DNA of 64,000 nt, taken from NCBI GenBank assembly GCA_032718475.1, contig JAUCBJ010008638.1:1-64000 (forward strand), given 5' to 3'. The notes beneath the pieces are model-generated. The model was not told the origin of the DNA, made no database searches, and was given only the letters and a program-made list of their open reading frames with translations. Source of the DNA: Nemertoderma westbladi (lineage: Eukaryota > Animalia > Xenacoelomorpha). Both the position numbers and the translations under genes were made by a program. Below are positions 1 to 11,940 of this stretch, piece after piece; the stretch's first letter is position 1, and each line of letters starts with the position of its first letter.

Positions 1-64
1 AACTGCCAAAGGTCTGAAAGCGCGAACATTCTTCAAGGCCTTTGATTCAGTCTCTCGCTCACGT

Positions 65-1138
65 ATGTTCAGCATACTTTCATTATATGGGATTCCTGAT
101 GAAATTATTGCAGCAATCAGATCAGTATACGATGGTTCGACAATATTTGTGTCTACTGTTGACGGTGACACAGAACCATTTGAAGTGTTATGGGGCGTCC
201 TCCAAGGAGACACACTTGCACCATTCTTATTCATTATTGTGGTTGACTATGTTCTACGCATGTCCTTAGATCATCATAATGATGATGGGGTGATGATAAC
301 TCCACCTACTGGCTCCAGAAGTCGAGGAAATCCTGCCAAGTACCTAACTGATCTAGACTTTGCTGATGACTTAGGAGTACTCTCAGAATCATTAGAGGGA
401 GCCCAGCGGCTCCTCAGCTCATTAGAACATGCTGCTTCTAGTGTTGGTCTTTTTATTAACTCCAGAAAGACCAAAATTCTGACAGTTAACTTTGAAAGTC
501 CTCAGCAAGTCTCTGATCGGATGAGCATAAGCTCAAAGGATGGTATGCTTGAGCATGTCGACGACTTCTGTTACCTGGGATCATGGATCCGGAAGTCAGG
601 TGAGGACCTTCGAATACGCAAGGGAAAGGCATGGGCAGCCTTGAATAGGCTTTCCAGGATTTGGAAGTCACCGAGAATTAATCGGAAACTTAAGGTCCGA
701 CTATTTAGAGCAGCAGTAGTTCCAGTACTCCTCTATGGGAGTCCATGCTGGGCTCTAACTGCTGAGGACACCAAATCTCTGGATGGCACATTCACAAGAA
801 TGCTACGCCGGGTTCATTGTGTCAAGTACAATGCACACATCTCCAACCAGACACTATATAACATTGGAGGTGTCTCATTGGTTCCCCCAAGCTTGACACT
901 AGAACAAAATCGCCTCCGCTTTGCAGGACATTGCTTTCGCCGTGAGGACCAGCCAGTGCATAATCTTGTACTTTGGCAGCCTCATGGAGTGAATAAACAT
1001 GGTGGACAGCCCATGACTTTCTTGAGACGCATCTTAAAGGACACTGGCCTTAAAGATGCGGATGATCTAGCAAATGTCATGGGTGATAGGGAGTTGTGGC
1101 GGTGCAATTTTGTTGACAAGCCGGCACAGCATTCTTAA
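65..1138 (+). CDS. Reverse transcriptase, C-terminal part (RTE-like LINE ORF)
   Basis: 357 aa ORF with QGD and FADD motifs; the frame is open upstream to the window edge. Confidence 0.8.
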   Translation: MFSILSLYGIPDEIIAAIRSVYDGSTIFVSTVDGDTEPFEVLWGVLQGDTLAPFLFIIVVDYVLRMSLDHHNDDGVMITPPTGSRSRGNPAKYLTDLDFADDLGVLSESLEGAQRLLSSLEHAASSVGLFINSRKTKILTVNFESPQQVSDRMSISSKDGMLEHVDDFCYLGSWIRKSGEDLRIRKGKAWAALNRLSRIWKSPRINRKLKVRLFRAAVVPVLLYGSPCWALTAEDTKSLDGTFTRMLRRVHCVKYNAHISNQTLYNIGGVSLVPPSLTLEQNRLRFAGHCFRREDQPVHNLVLWQPHGVNKHGGQPMTFLRRILKDTGLKDADDLANVMGDRELWRCNFVDKPAQHS

Positions 1139-1168
1139 AAATGCAGCTGCAATGCAGCATGCCGATCC

Positions 1169-1190
1169 TAGTAGTAGTAGTAGTAGTAGT
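1169..1190 (+). repeat. (TAG)7 microsatellite tail of the RTE element
   Basis: tagtagtag... begins about 30 bp after the stop codon. Confidence 0.9.
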
Positions 1191-1716
1191 TCTGCCGTTA
1201 TATTTAACTTTGCAGTTACCCCCATGTGAATAATACCAGACTTTCTGCCGTTATATTTCACTTTGCAGTTACCCCCATGTGAAGAATACCAGACTTTCTG
1301 CCGTTATATTTCACTTTGCAGTTACCCCCATGTGAAGAATACCAGACTTTCTGCCGTTATATTTCACTTTGCAGTTACCCCCATGTGAAGAATACCAGAC
1401 TTTCTGCCGTTATATTTCACTTTGCAGTTACCCCCATGTGAAGAATACCAGACTTTCTGCCGTTATATTTCACTTTGCAGTTACCCCCATGTGAAGAATA
1501 CCAGACTTTCTGCCGTTATATTTCACTTTGCAGTTACCCCCATGTGAAGAATATCAGACTTTCTGCCGTTATATTTCACTTTGCAGTTACCCCCATGTGA
1601 AGAATACCAGACTTTCTGCCGTTATATTTCACTTTACAGTTACCCCCATGTGAAGTATACCAGACTTTCTGCCGTTATATTTCACTTTGCAGTTACCCCC
1701 ATGTGAAGAATATCAG
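1190..1716. repeat. 53-bp tandem minisatellite, about 10 copies
   Basis: Unit ttctgccgttatatttcactttgcagttacccccatgtgaagaataccagact; period 53 (1191 to 1244); near-identical copies with no spacers. Confidence 0.95.
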
Positions 1717-2085
1717 GTTTTCACAAAAAAACACAGGTTACAGACGGGTTGAATCTAACCAAAACAATAAACGAATTAGTATATGTACAGGTTATAAGAC
1801 AGAAATTAGCGCTATAAAACACTTAATAAAGATAAATAAAAAAAAATACAAAATCTTCATATATAAAATTCCAATAAAAAGTCGACCGAAAAGTGAAATC
1901 CTGGAATTCTTCACATTGGCGAGTATATTTTTGCCGATAATAATTTAATTATTTATTAAAGAAATAATTATTATAAGATTAAATTCAAGTTTTATAATCT
2001 AGCACTTTTACATCTTTATATAGACAGGGGAAGTGGACGTAAATCCCATCTTGGCGAATTAATATCCCGCCTCAGTTAAATTATC

Positions 2086-2522
2086 AATTTAGGGAAAGGA
2101 GCAGGTTACAGTGGCATGTTATTGTAACCAAAACAAAACAGTTTACAGTTTTATTTTTGAGAGTAATCAGCTGTTATTTGCGTCGAATTTCCCCTGGAGG
2201 GGGAGGAATTTTTATTGCATCCAGTTCCCCCCCCCCCTCCCCTCTCTATCTGGCTTTATAATATTACAATTTCCGGCTCAAATAAATTTGGTGCATACTA
2301 CAGGTACCTCCTATTTTCTACACATTAATAACCTTACCACCGACTTTAATCTCCCGATCCTTAATACCGATTTTTTTTTCATTTCATCTATAGAGCAACA
2401 TTTCATCAGAATTCCATATCTGAAGTCTGTTTGTTCATAGCTTGTTCCGTTATCGAAATATTGTTTATTGTTTTGGTTAGAAAAGCCGGCAGCATCTGTA
2501 ATCTGCTCCTTTCCTTCAAATG
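2086..2522. mobile_element. Degenerate MITE-like inverted-repeat element
   Basis: aatttagggaaaggagcaggttacag (about 2086) is inverted relative to ctgtaatctgctcctttccttcaaat (about 2496). Related copies lie at about 19300-19420. Confidence 0.4.
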
Positions 2523-3211
2523 GTGTCAGACACTTATTTTCAATAATTTTGCAATTTAATGAAAACAAGTTACTTTATTTCACTAATAAATTTGTAAAAC
2601 TTTTAGAGAGAAAGCAGTTTTTTCAAATAGTATATAATTATTAAATTTTATTTCTTGCCTTATAGATAATTAATTAATTTTTGATTGGGCTGTGTATGGC
2701 ATTTTCTCACCTATTAAATATAAATTGTAAATGTAATGCAGTATGTACATGTACATGTAATTGAATTAATGTATATTTAATGTTACATCTATTATATTGA
2801 AATATAAATGGCTATATTTTATGATGCGATAAATTGAATTATTATTGGTTTCATTTAATTTTTAGTGTAATGTAATCTAATGTTATTATTTTCTTTCTAG
2901 CTGGCCTTATTGTTAAAAATATTCGGAAATAATTGTATAATTATTAATGTTGTTCTCAAACCTGTTTTAACCACCTCTGAATTTCCGGTATAGGTGCCAC
3001 ATTTTCTATTATAATTTAATATTTATGTATAATAATGATTTAATTAAGTTTTGTAAAATTAGTTGTTGCTTCTTATAGAAATTATATCCATTATTGTCAA
3101 TAAACAATATATTACAGTATGCTTAATAGTTTTTCGTTCACACACATTAAAAATGTGTATCAAATTTGCAATTTGCAAAACCACAATTTGCCATGGCGAG
3201 TGACTGTGCCG

Positions 3212-3512
3212 CCCAGTAAAAAATTCTTAAAAGAGGCTATGAATTTATCCTTCGTTTAGAAGGATAATTTATCCGGCGAATAGTAGGCATATTTATCCTT
3301 CTATTTGCCGGCTAAAAACTAGCTAAATCTTTAGAACCTTCGAATAGTCTTCAAATTTATCCTTCGTTTAGAAGGATAATTTATCCTACGAATTGTAGAC
3401 TGAATTATCAGACAATTTAGACGGCAAAAATGCTGATAATTTCGAAGAAAATTTATTACGATCAAATTAGCAGCATATTAGTAGCTATTTCGAAGGATGT
3501 GACTTTGCTGGG
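3212..3512. mobile_element. Small non-autonomous DNA element with CCCAG...CTGGG ends
   Basis: Termini cccagtaaa / tttgctggg; internal repeated hairpin atttatccttcgtttagaaggataattt; a related terminus cccagcaaagt occurs at about 48418. Confidence 0.45.
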
Positions 3513-5871
3513 TTATTAATTAAAATAAAGTTGCATATCAAGAAATAAATAGTTTTAAAATAAAAAATTGATGAATATGAATTATCTAATATGGCTGTCG
3601 AATTCAGAGATTATATAAATTTATTTTATAGAATTGAAAATTATAGGGAATAGTTAAAAGTGTATCATGGTTATTCTAATCTATTTGTATTATCCTTTAT
3701 ATAACCAACAATTTATAGTATTGATTCATACAGCATGTCTAATGTTCTATGTCTAGAAGGTGTAATGTAATGTAATGTAAGGTTAAAGTACAGTAGGCAG
3801 ATGATATGAAGCCAATAGTATCAAACAGTAGTGGAATAATCAACTACTGTATCATATTTTCTGACACAAGGTCTCAATATATTACACAAAAATCACAACC
3901 AGTAGATTTTTGCGATATTTATGCGTCATGACGCTTGAAAGTCGCAAGTGAATCGCATGTGAGTTTTATGCGTCTGGACGCAAGTTGTTGTGATTTTTAT
4001 ACGACTTAACGCAAGTTGTTGTGACATTTATGTGACATAGCTCAAGTAGATCGCTTGCATAAAGGTCGGGCCATAACTCTTGGGAATCACATCAGATACG
4101 CCAGCGTTGCACGCTTGCGATACGCTTGCACACTTTTCACTGGGTATAACGGTATGCATAACAAGCATAATTACTGTAAGGAATAAACTTGGGGACATGA
4201 AAGTTGCAAATTACTTGCATAAACTCTGAATAACAAATATTACGCTACCCGTACAGACTATTCAAATAAAACATAGACCAAATGCTGACAGACCACCATC
4301 AAGCCTAAATAAATCACAGTATATGCAGTCTCCGAAATGATTAGTTAGTAAGCGTTCCAGACTACGTAGTACGACTTATTCTTTAGTGGGGGATTTACCT
4401 TACAGCGCTGGATGCCTCCACTTCCTAACTAGCACTTTATCGGACTAGCACTATACTTTATCGCGCAACAATCTGGCCTACAAGTTACTTTTACAATCTG
4501 AGTAGGCTTACACGCCTTCTGCTCAATATGACACTTACCGATAAATAATGCTGACAGGAATAAGTAAACCATACATCAAGGAGTAAGGGGTGATCAATCC
4601 CTAATCCTCTAACAGCCCACAATATACAATATTTCACAATCGAAGTGATTCTGGGTAAAGTACCGGTTCGGATTAACTAGGACTACAGTTTACCGTCCGA
4701 CCAGTACGTTTCGAGTTTATTGCCTACTGAGCAATAAAAGAAACAAAATCTATTAATGTACGCGCTTTTAGACCTTTAACAGTTTAACCTGCTAATTTAA
4801 ATGTCTTTTTAATTGTAAATTGACTATTGCCCTTACCAATTACAGAATTTACATCCGCCGAAGCCAGCCCGTGCACGGCGTATGACCCACTGTGTGGGAG
4901 ACTGGATTCGGTTCCAGAGAAAGTTATTGCAGTGTAGGCTACTTTGTATCATTCGATTGATCGCTACTATATAATCTCCGACAACTATATTTACTTTCGG
5001 GGAAATATTAACAGTTCCTTTGGGACGTGGCGCTTTAAGTATCAAACAGAGTTATGACTTACACTAATCACAACAACTGGAGGCTATAGTGTATCGCAAA
5101 TAGCGCATTCTTTAGGAAATGCTTTATTAACCTTCACACTAATTCACACTAATTTGCCATCCGTCACTGATTTTGATCATATTTAAGGAGGATTGCAACT
5201 GACATACGTAGGGATTATGAAATAGCATTTAATTCACTATAATTTGAGTCGCAATTGCTACCAGTACACCCTTCTGCTTCTTAGTAATTAAGAAAGTTGA
5301 GGGGTTTATGATTATTTATGTGTATTCTCCAAATATAAACAGCAATTAACAACAATATAAAACAGCATTAAGACAGTGCGGTGAACAGTATGAAATAGGC
5401 AGTAAGCAAGGCATTCTTAACTAGAACGCCTTGGCAGTAAGTAATGTGATGAGTCGAGTTTCTGATGTTAATAGATTTGCGTTCTTATGACTCTATCCAT
5501 CAGATGTTCTTAGGAAAAGTCTGAAACGTCTGAACTTCTGACTGAATCCAGAATGAAATAGGATTCTAGGAAAAACTGCGCATTACGCCATTTTCCATAG
5601 GCCACTATTGGCATAACTGGGAAAGATTGCTCTGATTGGCTGAAATATGTCAACAAAGAAACTTCCACATACACAAAGAATCAGCTGGCAGATTTCGTCA
5701 TCTCAGTTCTATATTTTCTGACAGATGTGTAGCTGAACAATTCTAGGCCCTTTTAGAGTATTTAGCGCATTGCGTAAAATGACTTGTTATGTCCGCAAAA
5801 GCTTTTACATGGAGGTTGATTTAATGACGCTACGGCTAAAATATAGCCCGTTTCTATAGCCAAAGTTACCT

Positions 5872-5885
5872 GTTGCCATGGCAAC
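5872..5885. promoter_or_regulatory. Perfect RFX X-box palindrome GTTGCCATGGCAAC
   Basis: Exact 14-bp consensus palindrome about 1.5 kb upstream of the GTF3C2 ATG; an inverted CCAAT lies at about 5635. Confidence 0.4.
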
Positions 5886-6341
5886 TGCTGAACTGCAAGC
5901 AAGAAAGGAGTGAATATTGTTCCTTAGACTTGATATATTGATGGTAGACTCTGATCCAATGACGCTACACGACCACTGCAAATGCCTTACGCCCACGTTA
6001 ACGGTAAATTTCCAATACACTGTAACAATGCAAAACGGGAAAGAAACGCGAGCAAAGCGAGCGAAATTTTTTCTGCTAATTTTTTTCTCACCTTGCGCTT
6101 GCACGAACTTTAACTACCTGACTACTGCCGATCTATCGATCTAGGACTACTGTAAATGTGCCCATTTTGAATTGCGCTCCACAGATCTAAATGTGCCAAA
6201 TGCGCTCCACAACCACTCCACCTCCACAGATCCTTGACCAAACCCAGTCCAAATTGCAACCTGGGGTTGCAGGCAGCAGGGGTAGGCCTACTTCTGTACT
6301 TAACTTACTGACTTATACCTGTAATGCTGTATAGAGTATTA

Positions 6342-7271
6342 CACCATGTCCCGTCATATAGTGTCATTTTCTGATGACACGGACCCCCCCCCCCCCAGAT
6401 TTTTCTACAAATCTGTATCATATTGCTTGAACTTTGAAACATAACTAGTTCCACTCACCGTGGTTGTCCACATGAAGCCGGAATTTTCGATTTTGCCTTT
6501 AAATTTTTTTAATAGGCGTTTTAAAAAAGTGTCTTTTGCGAAATCGCACCCTCCGTGTCGTGGCCATTCTTCACATTAGTCGTAATATATCATTAGAAAG
6601 CTTGCCTTGCAAGGATTCGAAATATGTAACAATATCTGAATTTCGTTGAGAAACAACTGAGAAATAGGCGTTCAAAGATTGCAAGAATTATTGTTCGCTG
6701 CAGGCCATTTATTCTATTTAATAAATACACAATATTCTAGAAAGTGTTATTTATTTTATGAGTTGGTAGGCAACAGCAGAATGCCTATCCAATAGATCTA
6801 TTATGTAGCTATTCATACTTAAACAAAATGTTCCAGAACATCGTGTATTTATTAAATAGAATAAATGGCCTTCAGTGAACAATAATTCTTGCAATCTTTG
6901 AACGCCTATATCTCAGCTATTTCTCAACGAAATTCAGATATTGTTACATATTACGGTATGAATCCTTGCAACGCAAGCTTTCTAATGATATTAAAAAATT
7001 ATTACGACTAATGCGAAGAATGGCCACGATACTAGGATGCGATTTCGCAAAAGAAACTTTTTTAAAACGCCTATAAAAAAATTTAAAGGCAAAATCGAAA
7101 ATTCCGGCTTCATGGGGTCACTGGGTCAACCACGGTGAGTGGAACTAGTTGCGTTTCAAAGTTCAAGCAATATGATAAAGATTTATAGAAAAATCTGGGG
7201 GGGGGGGGGGGGGTCCGTGTCATAAGAAAATGACACTATATTACGCAGTTACGGGACATGGTCAGATGGTG
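6342..7271. mobile_element. Tc1/mariner-type fold-back MITE (about 930 bp palindrome)
   Basis: TA-CACCATGTCCC ... GGGACATGG(tcagat)GGTG-TA. The arms (about 6342-6750 and 6835-7271) are reverse complements over about 400 bp; TA duplication. Confidence 0.85.
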
Positions 7272-7411
7272 TATAATTGAGTCTGATTGTTATTGCAGTA
7301 TTGTCAATTCAGCAATTTAATTGGTGCCATTTCCTGATTTCTGAGTTTATTAAATTAGTGGTTACCGTACCGGTACCCTAAATCCGTAGCGAGAGCGACC
7401 GAACAACAACG

Positions 7412-10144
7412 ATGCCTCGCCCAAGAAAAACGAGTTCACCGAAGCGACGTCGTGAAACCCGAGCGAATAACGCCGTGGATTACAATGAGGAGAATGATGA
7501 TGATTTCCAGGGGTTTGTAGTAGAGGACGGCGACGGAAGCACTCTCCCAACAGAACCACCAACACCGGAAATTCCCACCGGACAGGTAAACATATGTCCA
7601 GAGTGCAATAAGGAATTCGTCGACATGTTTAGCTTATACAATCACGTGCCAGTATCCCAGGTGATGAAGCAATTACTCGAAACACCACCAGCGGACATCC
7701 CCAAGACCTCGTTCGATTGTATGCGCGCCATGTTGTCTGGTAACCGGAATAAACCGAGGGATAACCAGCGATGTATCGACTGTCCCTGGTGCTCGAAGAA
7801 GTTTTCGTCGTACGGGGGATTCCGTTACCACATCGATCGCTGCATGTTGGACGACATGTCATCCCTCGATAAGAGCAGTTGCTACACCTGCTCACATTGC
7901 TCTGCTTCCTTTGCGGCGATGTCCTTCCTTCGACGTCACATGGCGACCAAACACCAGGAGTGGCTTCCCCAGGGCCCCGAGGCGCCACCACAGGAAGACT
8001 GCGAAAGGCAGACGACTTCCCTCGCCACCCAGAAACACGTGTTGTACCAGCGACTTCGCGACCTACTAGTTACGGACAACGGAACCGATTACACTTGCGC
8101 CGCGTGTCGGAGTTTCTGGCCCTCTTGGGACGCCGGTAAGGACCACGCGCTGAAACAACACGAGGAACAGATTGGATCCCCGTATGTCCTGACAAATGGA
8201 TTCGTCTTCAAGAAACCGATGTTTCGACAAAAATCGTTCGACTGCAAGTCTACTGTTTACCGCGAGCAGGAATCAATCGCGGCTCTAAACGAGACATTGC
8301 GGCGGAAGAATTACTCCTCTCAGACTCTCTTCCCTTATTGGATGCCGTCGCCTAGCGACTGGGTAGCGGTGACCCGTCCCAACGACTACGCTCCCTACCA
8401 GGAGCTCTCTGTACCGTTCGTCTGTCTATCGTCGGGGTCGGAATCGGCCGCGGTCGAGTTGCCGTTGTTCGGGTCCCAGGTAGATCGCGGCGTTGCGACA
8501 ACGTACACGGGTGGTCCGGTCTGGGCGCTGGACTGGATGCCTGATGGTGGTCCGTACACGCGCCGCCCTTGTCCGCACACGGACAGCCACCCGGACACGG
8601 ACAGCCGCCCGGACACGGAGCACCCCCCGGACACCAACCAGTACGCAGCCCTCGCCTGTCACACCCGTCTCACAGAGACCCACACCCTAGACTGCACAGC
8701 GGACGGGCCCTCCCTCGTACAGGTCTGGAACTTCGGCCCACTCCTGCAGGGTGGCGCACTCTCAGACGCCCCCGCCATGGAGCTGGGCATAGGGCACGAG
8801 GACGGGCGCGTCTGGGACGTTAAATGGTGCCCGAGCGGCTGCCGCACTGCGGGGACGCCGCTGTCTCGTCTGGGAGTCCTCGCGGTGGCGTGCGCCACCG
8901 GACGGGTACTCATCTACTCGGTACCGCGTACCAATTCCGCCACCGTCGAATACAAATCGCGAATATTCCACCCGGAACCCGCCCTCGTTCTAACTAACAC
9001 CGGACCCGCTTCCTCCTGTAGGTGTTTATCGTGGTTGCCCAGCGACCAGCACAACAAGCTGGCCGGGGGGTTCGCAGACGGACGGGTCTCTGTGTGGCGG
9101 GTGGTTGCGACCTCGTCCCCCTTCCTCCGTGGCCACGGAAACGCGGTTCTTCCGCTGCTCTCATTCGCCGCCCACTCTACCGCCGTTTCGTCTATCTTCT
9201 GGATCTGCACCGCGACCTCACTGGGGACCACCAGCCACGACAGATTCGTACGACTTTGGGACCTCCGCAATCTCTCCTTCCCGACCAAAGCAGTTAAAGT
9301 CGGTGGTTTCAACGACTGCGACATCAACCCTCTCGCGCACACGATATTCGCGACTCGTAATAAACTTCTATTGGGCGGCAACACTGTGGGCGTCATCGGG
9401 GTTCCCATGACGTCAGAGGTTGACAACACCTCGCTCACCTTTACGGCGCACAACTCGCGCGTCTGGAGTTGCAGCTACAGTCGGTGGTCCGGGGCGTTGG
9501 CCAGTTGCGACGCGGCAGGAGAGCTTGTCGTCATCCGACTTCCGGCTAACAACATGGCCTTGTTCTTCGCCGATCGGGTGTCCAAGACCCCGACTATATT
9601 GCGGCATCCGTTGTATCGGATCGAGTTGAACATTAGTGATCCCGAGCGGATCCGGTCCTCCGGAGGAGACCAGGCCCAGGATTCTAAAGATCAGAATGGG
9701 TCACCCAGAGATCATGATATTTCGCTATCACCACCCGACCTATCATCGGGCGGAGAGGCGTGCTCTTGTTGCCAGAGTAACTGCGTCGGTCTCAAGTCGT
9801 GGGACATTGGTCGCATGTTGCAGCAGTCTCGTAGAGCTCTGGTGCTCCGCGACACTGTCTTCCCGAAGGCGCTCAATAAAAACAGCGCGCAGGTTAAGCG
9901 TCTCAGAAACGGCGCTAATATGAACGATATCGACGTTCGTCGATGGCCCATTCAGTCGTTGCATCGCGTGCGTTGGAATCCTAATAGTGAGTCGCACGCG
10001 TGGTTATTAAGTGGGGGTGCCGCCGGGTTGCTACGGTTACACTACTGTGAAGTCATGGAGTCCAATTCCGCCTATAGTCTTTCTGAATCAGGAAACTCGA
10101 CTCGATCAGAAATAGATGAAATTAGATATATATCTAGTTTGTGA
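7412..10144 (+). CDS. GTF3C2: General transcription factor IIIC subunit 2 (TFIIIC110/beta)-like WD40 protein with N-terminal zinc fingers; single coding exon, 910 aa
   Basis: Family motifs GGPVWALDW, QYAALA, LVQVWNFG, VWDVKWCPSG, RLGVLAVAC.TG.V.IYSVP and IQSLHRVRWNPN...WLLSGGAAGLLR. Basic and acidic N-terminus plus C2HC/C2H2 fingers. Confidence 0.88.
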   Translation: MPRPRKTSSPKRRRETRANNAVDYNEENDDDFQGFVVEDGDGSTLPTEPPTPEIPTGQVNICPECNKEFVDMFSLYNHVPVSQVMKQLLETPPADIPKTSFDCMRAMLSGNRNKPRDNQRCIDCPWCSKKFSSYGGFRYHIDRCMLDDMSSLDKSSCYTCSHCSASFAAMSFLRRHMATKHQEWLPQGPEAPPQEDCERQTTSLATQKHVLYQRLRDLLVTDNGTDYTCAACRSFWPSWDAGKDHALKQHEEQIGSPYVLTNGFVFKKPMFRQKSFDCKSTVYREQESIAALNETLRRKNYSSQTLFPYWMPSPSDWVAVTRPNDYAPYQELSVPFVCLSSGSESAAVELPLFGSQVDRGVATTYTGGPVWALDWMPDGGPYTRRPCPHTDSHPDTDSRPDTEHPPDTNQYAALACHTRLTETHTLDCTADGPSLVQVWNFGPLLQGGALSDAPAMELGIGHEDGRVWDVKWCPSGCRTAGTPLSRLGVLAVACATGRVLIYSVPRTNSATVEYKSRIFHPEPALVLTNTGPASSCRCLSWLPSDQHNKLAGGFADGRVSVWRVVATSSPFLRGHGNAVLPLLSFAAHSTAVSSIFWICTATSLGTTSHDRFVRLWDLRNLSFPTKAVKVGGFNDCDINPLAHTIFATRNKLLLGGNTVGVIGVPMTSEVDNTSLTFTAHNSRVWSCSYSRWSGALASCDAAGELVVIRLPANNMALFFADRVSKTPTILRHPLYRIELNISDPERIRSSGGDQAQDSKDQNGSPRDHDISLSPPDLSSGGEACSCCQSNCVGLKSWDIGRMLQQSRRALVLRDTVFPKALNKNSAQVKRLRNGANMNDIDVRRWPIQSLHRVRWNPNSESHAWLLSGGAAGLLRLHYCEVMESNSAYSLSESGNSTRSEIDEIRYISSL

Positions 10145-10644
10145 TTATTCTAAATGTATATTCGCAGTAGTCATTTGCATGTTTTGTATTTACGTAGAAA
10201 AAATGTTGTTGATGTTGACATTAAACAATTTGTTGCGAATAATATATTAGTAATTTGAGGAAATGGAATGAGGAGTAAAGAACATTTTACAGAATTTATC
10301 TTATGACACATGTCCTGAGATATGTGAGATGTATAAGATATGTCACATATCCAATTCCCTTGACTTTTTACTGATTTGTCAATTTTTTACAAGAATTCTC
10401 TGACTATTCCAGGTGAATGGCAACCATTTCCAGAAATTGTTTTCGATTATCTTTAAGTTGCTTTTAGTGTAAGTAAGGCCAAGTGGAGTCACCCACTCCA
10501 GACCAAGTCAACAATAATTTCGGAGGTTTCACTTTCAGTAAAACGTTTAGATTAATAGGGATTATAAAAATTATTGTCTATCACTATCGTGTTTCTTTCA
10601 TACATTTCTTGAATCATCAGGAACGTTGGACGGATCCATCATGG

Positions 10645-11046
10645 ATGTCCTTATTTCTCACGCGTGTTTGTTTGTTTGTGTGTTTGTTTGTACACACAAC
10701 TTCTTGCACTTAATGTTAATGGAATTGGATGAAACTTTGATGATAGGTTCATTATCGGACCTAGTTGTATATGCAAGGTTTTGGTTGCGAGTGACCTACT
10801 CGTTGCCTAGCAACAGTGAGATTAATTCTAGAAATACCGATCATAATCGTAGAATTCACTCAATCAAAATTATGTCGACATCCCATAGGGAGCACCTATT
10901 GGACATGCTTTCTGCAAAATTTCGCTTTATTTCATGTAGAATTGTAGAAGATACATTTCTTGCAAACAGTGTTTTTTTAACATACAAAATATACTACTAA
11001 TATAATACAATGGCTAGCCAATCCCAGAATATCGTTGCCAAGACAA
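10645..11046. mobile_element. Short interspersed repeat (non-autonomous DNA/Helentron-like remnant)
   Basis: (GTTT)n microsatellite followed by ttggatgaaactttg, gttgcctagcaac and gcaaaatttc motifs, which are common in invertebrate non-autonomous elements. Confidence 0.4.
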
Positions 11047-11940
11047 CATCCTATTGGAGCTTCAGTGTGGAGGTAAGTAAGTAGCCAGTGTAATTGAGAG
11101 AGCTGTCTGCTCAACATTGACAACTATTGGGTTCTCATTCGTTATTACTTATTAGGCTTCCCTGATTAGGCGCCTAATTTATTACATCAATAATAATTGT
11201 ATTTTACACGGAAGAATGCCCAATGTTTCGTTTTGCGTTTTTCGTATTAGGCTGCCCTGCATAGGCGCGTAATTTATTACAACAATATTGATAACAATAG
11301 ATCCGTCCATATTGCCAGCTCTCGCTGGCAAGCGTGCCTCTAGTATAGTTCGCTTTGATGTTGCCCGTATAGTACAGTATAACTTTCACCAGAAAATGAC
11401 AAGAAGTAGAGAAGAAAAAGGCCCCACTCAACATTTTGAAAAAAGGGTCGACATTGCTGTAAATATATTACTAATATCTGAATCAGAATCATTTTGCGAG
11501 ATTTATAAGCGATAACCTTATTACCACTGCATCTCTTCCGCAAAAGGTAGGCCTATTAATATTCATGGTGTACGATCCTTGTCTAGAAATATTTATTTAA
11601 AAATATTTATTTAAATATCAGAGACGGCCGTAATGTACAGTTGTGGTAAGAAGAACAATTCGGTCGATATATAAAATTCGGCGTTATAGTGTTATTTAAA
11701 TTTCAAACATACATGTTTTTTTACCTTCCTAATAGTTCACAGTATGAGTCAAAACGTTTACTTGTTTTCAAACCTTTGCTATAAATTATTACAAGCCTTT
11801 GAAAACGGTGTCAGTCTTCGAAGATATTGTACAAGGCGCTCCGTAGTTATTTCACGATGCTGTGGGTACCGATGGAAAGGTGAGTTTGTAAGTATGGATG
11901 TACCGGATAATTAATATCAAACTAACTAACTTACTAACTA

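Larger units (their letters stand above)
29..1190 (+). mobile_element. RTE-clade non-LTR retrotransposon, 3' portion (probably 5'-truncated)
   Basis: RT motifs FKAFDS (from about 32), QGDTLAPFLF and LDFADD, then FCYLGS and LLYGSPCW..LDGTFTRMLR. A short 3' UTR ends in a (TAG)n tail, as is typical of RTE elements. Confidence 0.85.

Noticed and set aside
1190-1716. CRISPR-like appearance of the regular arrays (also 11941-13328 and 29113-30610)
   Set aside because: The units are head-to-tail with no unique spacers, there are no cas genes, and the context is a eukaryotic genome with spliceosomal introns.
7629-9997. Many overlapping alternative-frame ORFs within GTF3C2 and the retroelements
   Set aside because: Expected shadow ORFs of GC-rich coding sequence.
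10802-11046. Additional X-box-like sites gttgcctagcaac and gttgccaagacaac
   Set aside because: They lie in or beside an interspersed repeat downstream of the gene, so regulatory meaning is unsupported.
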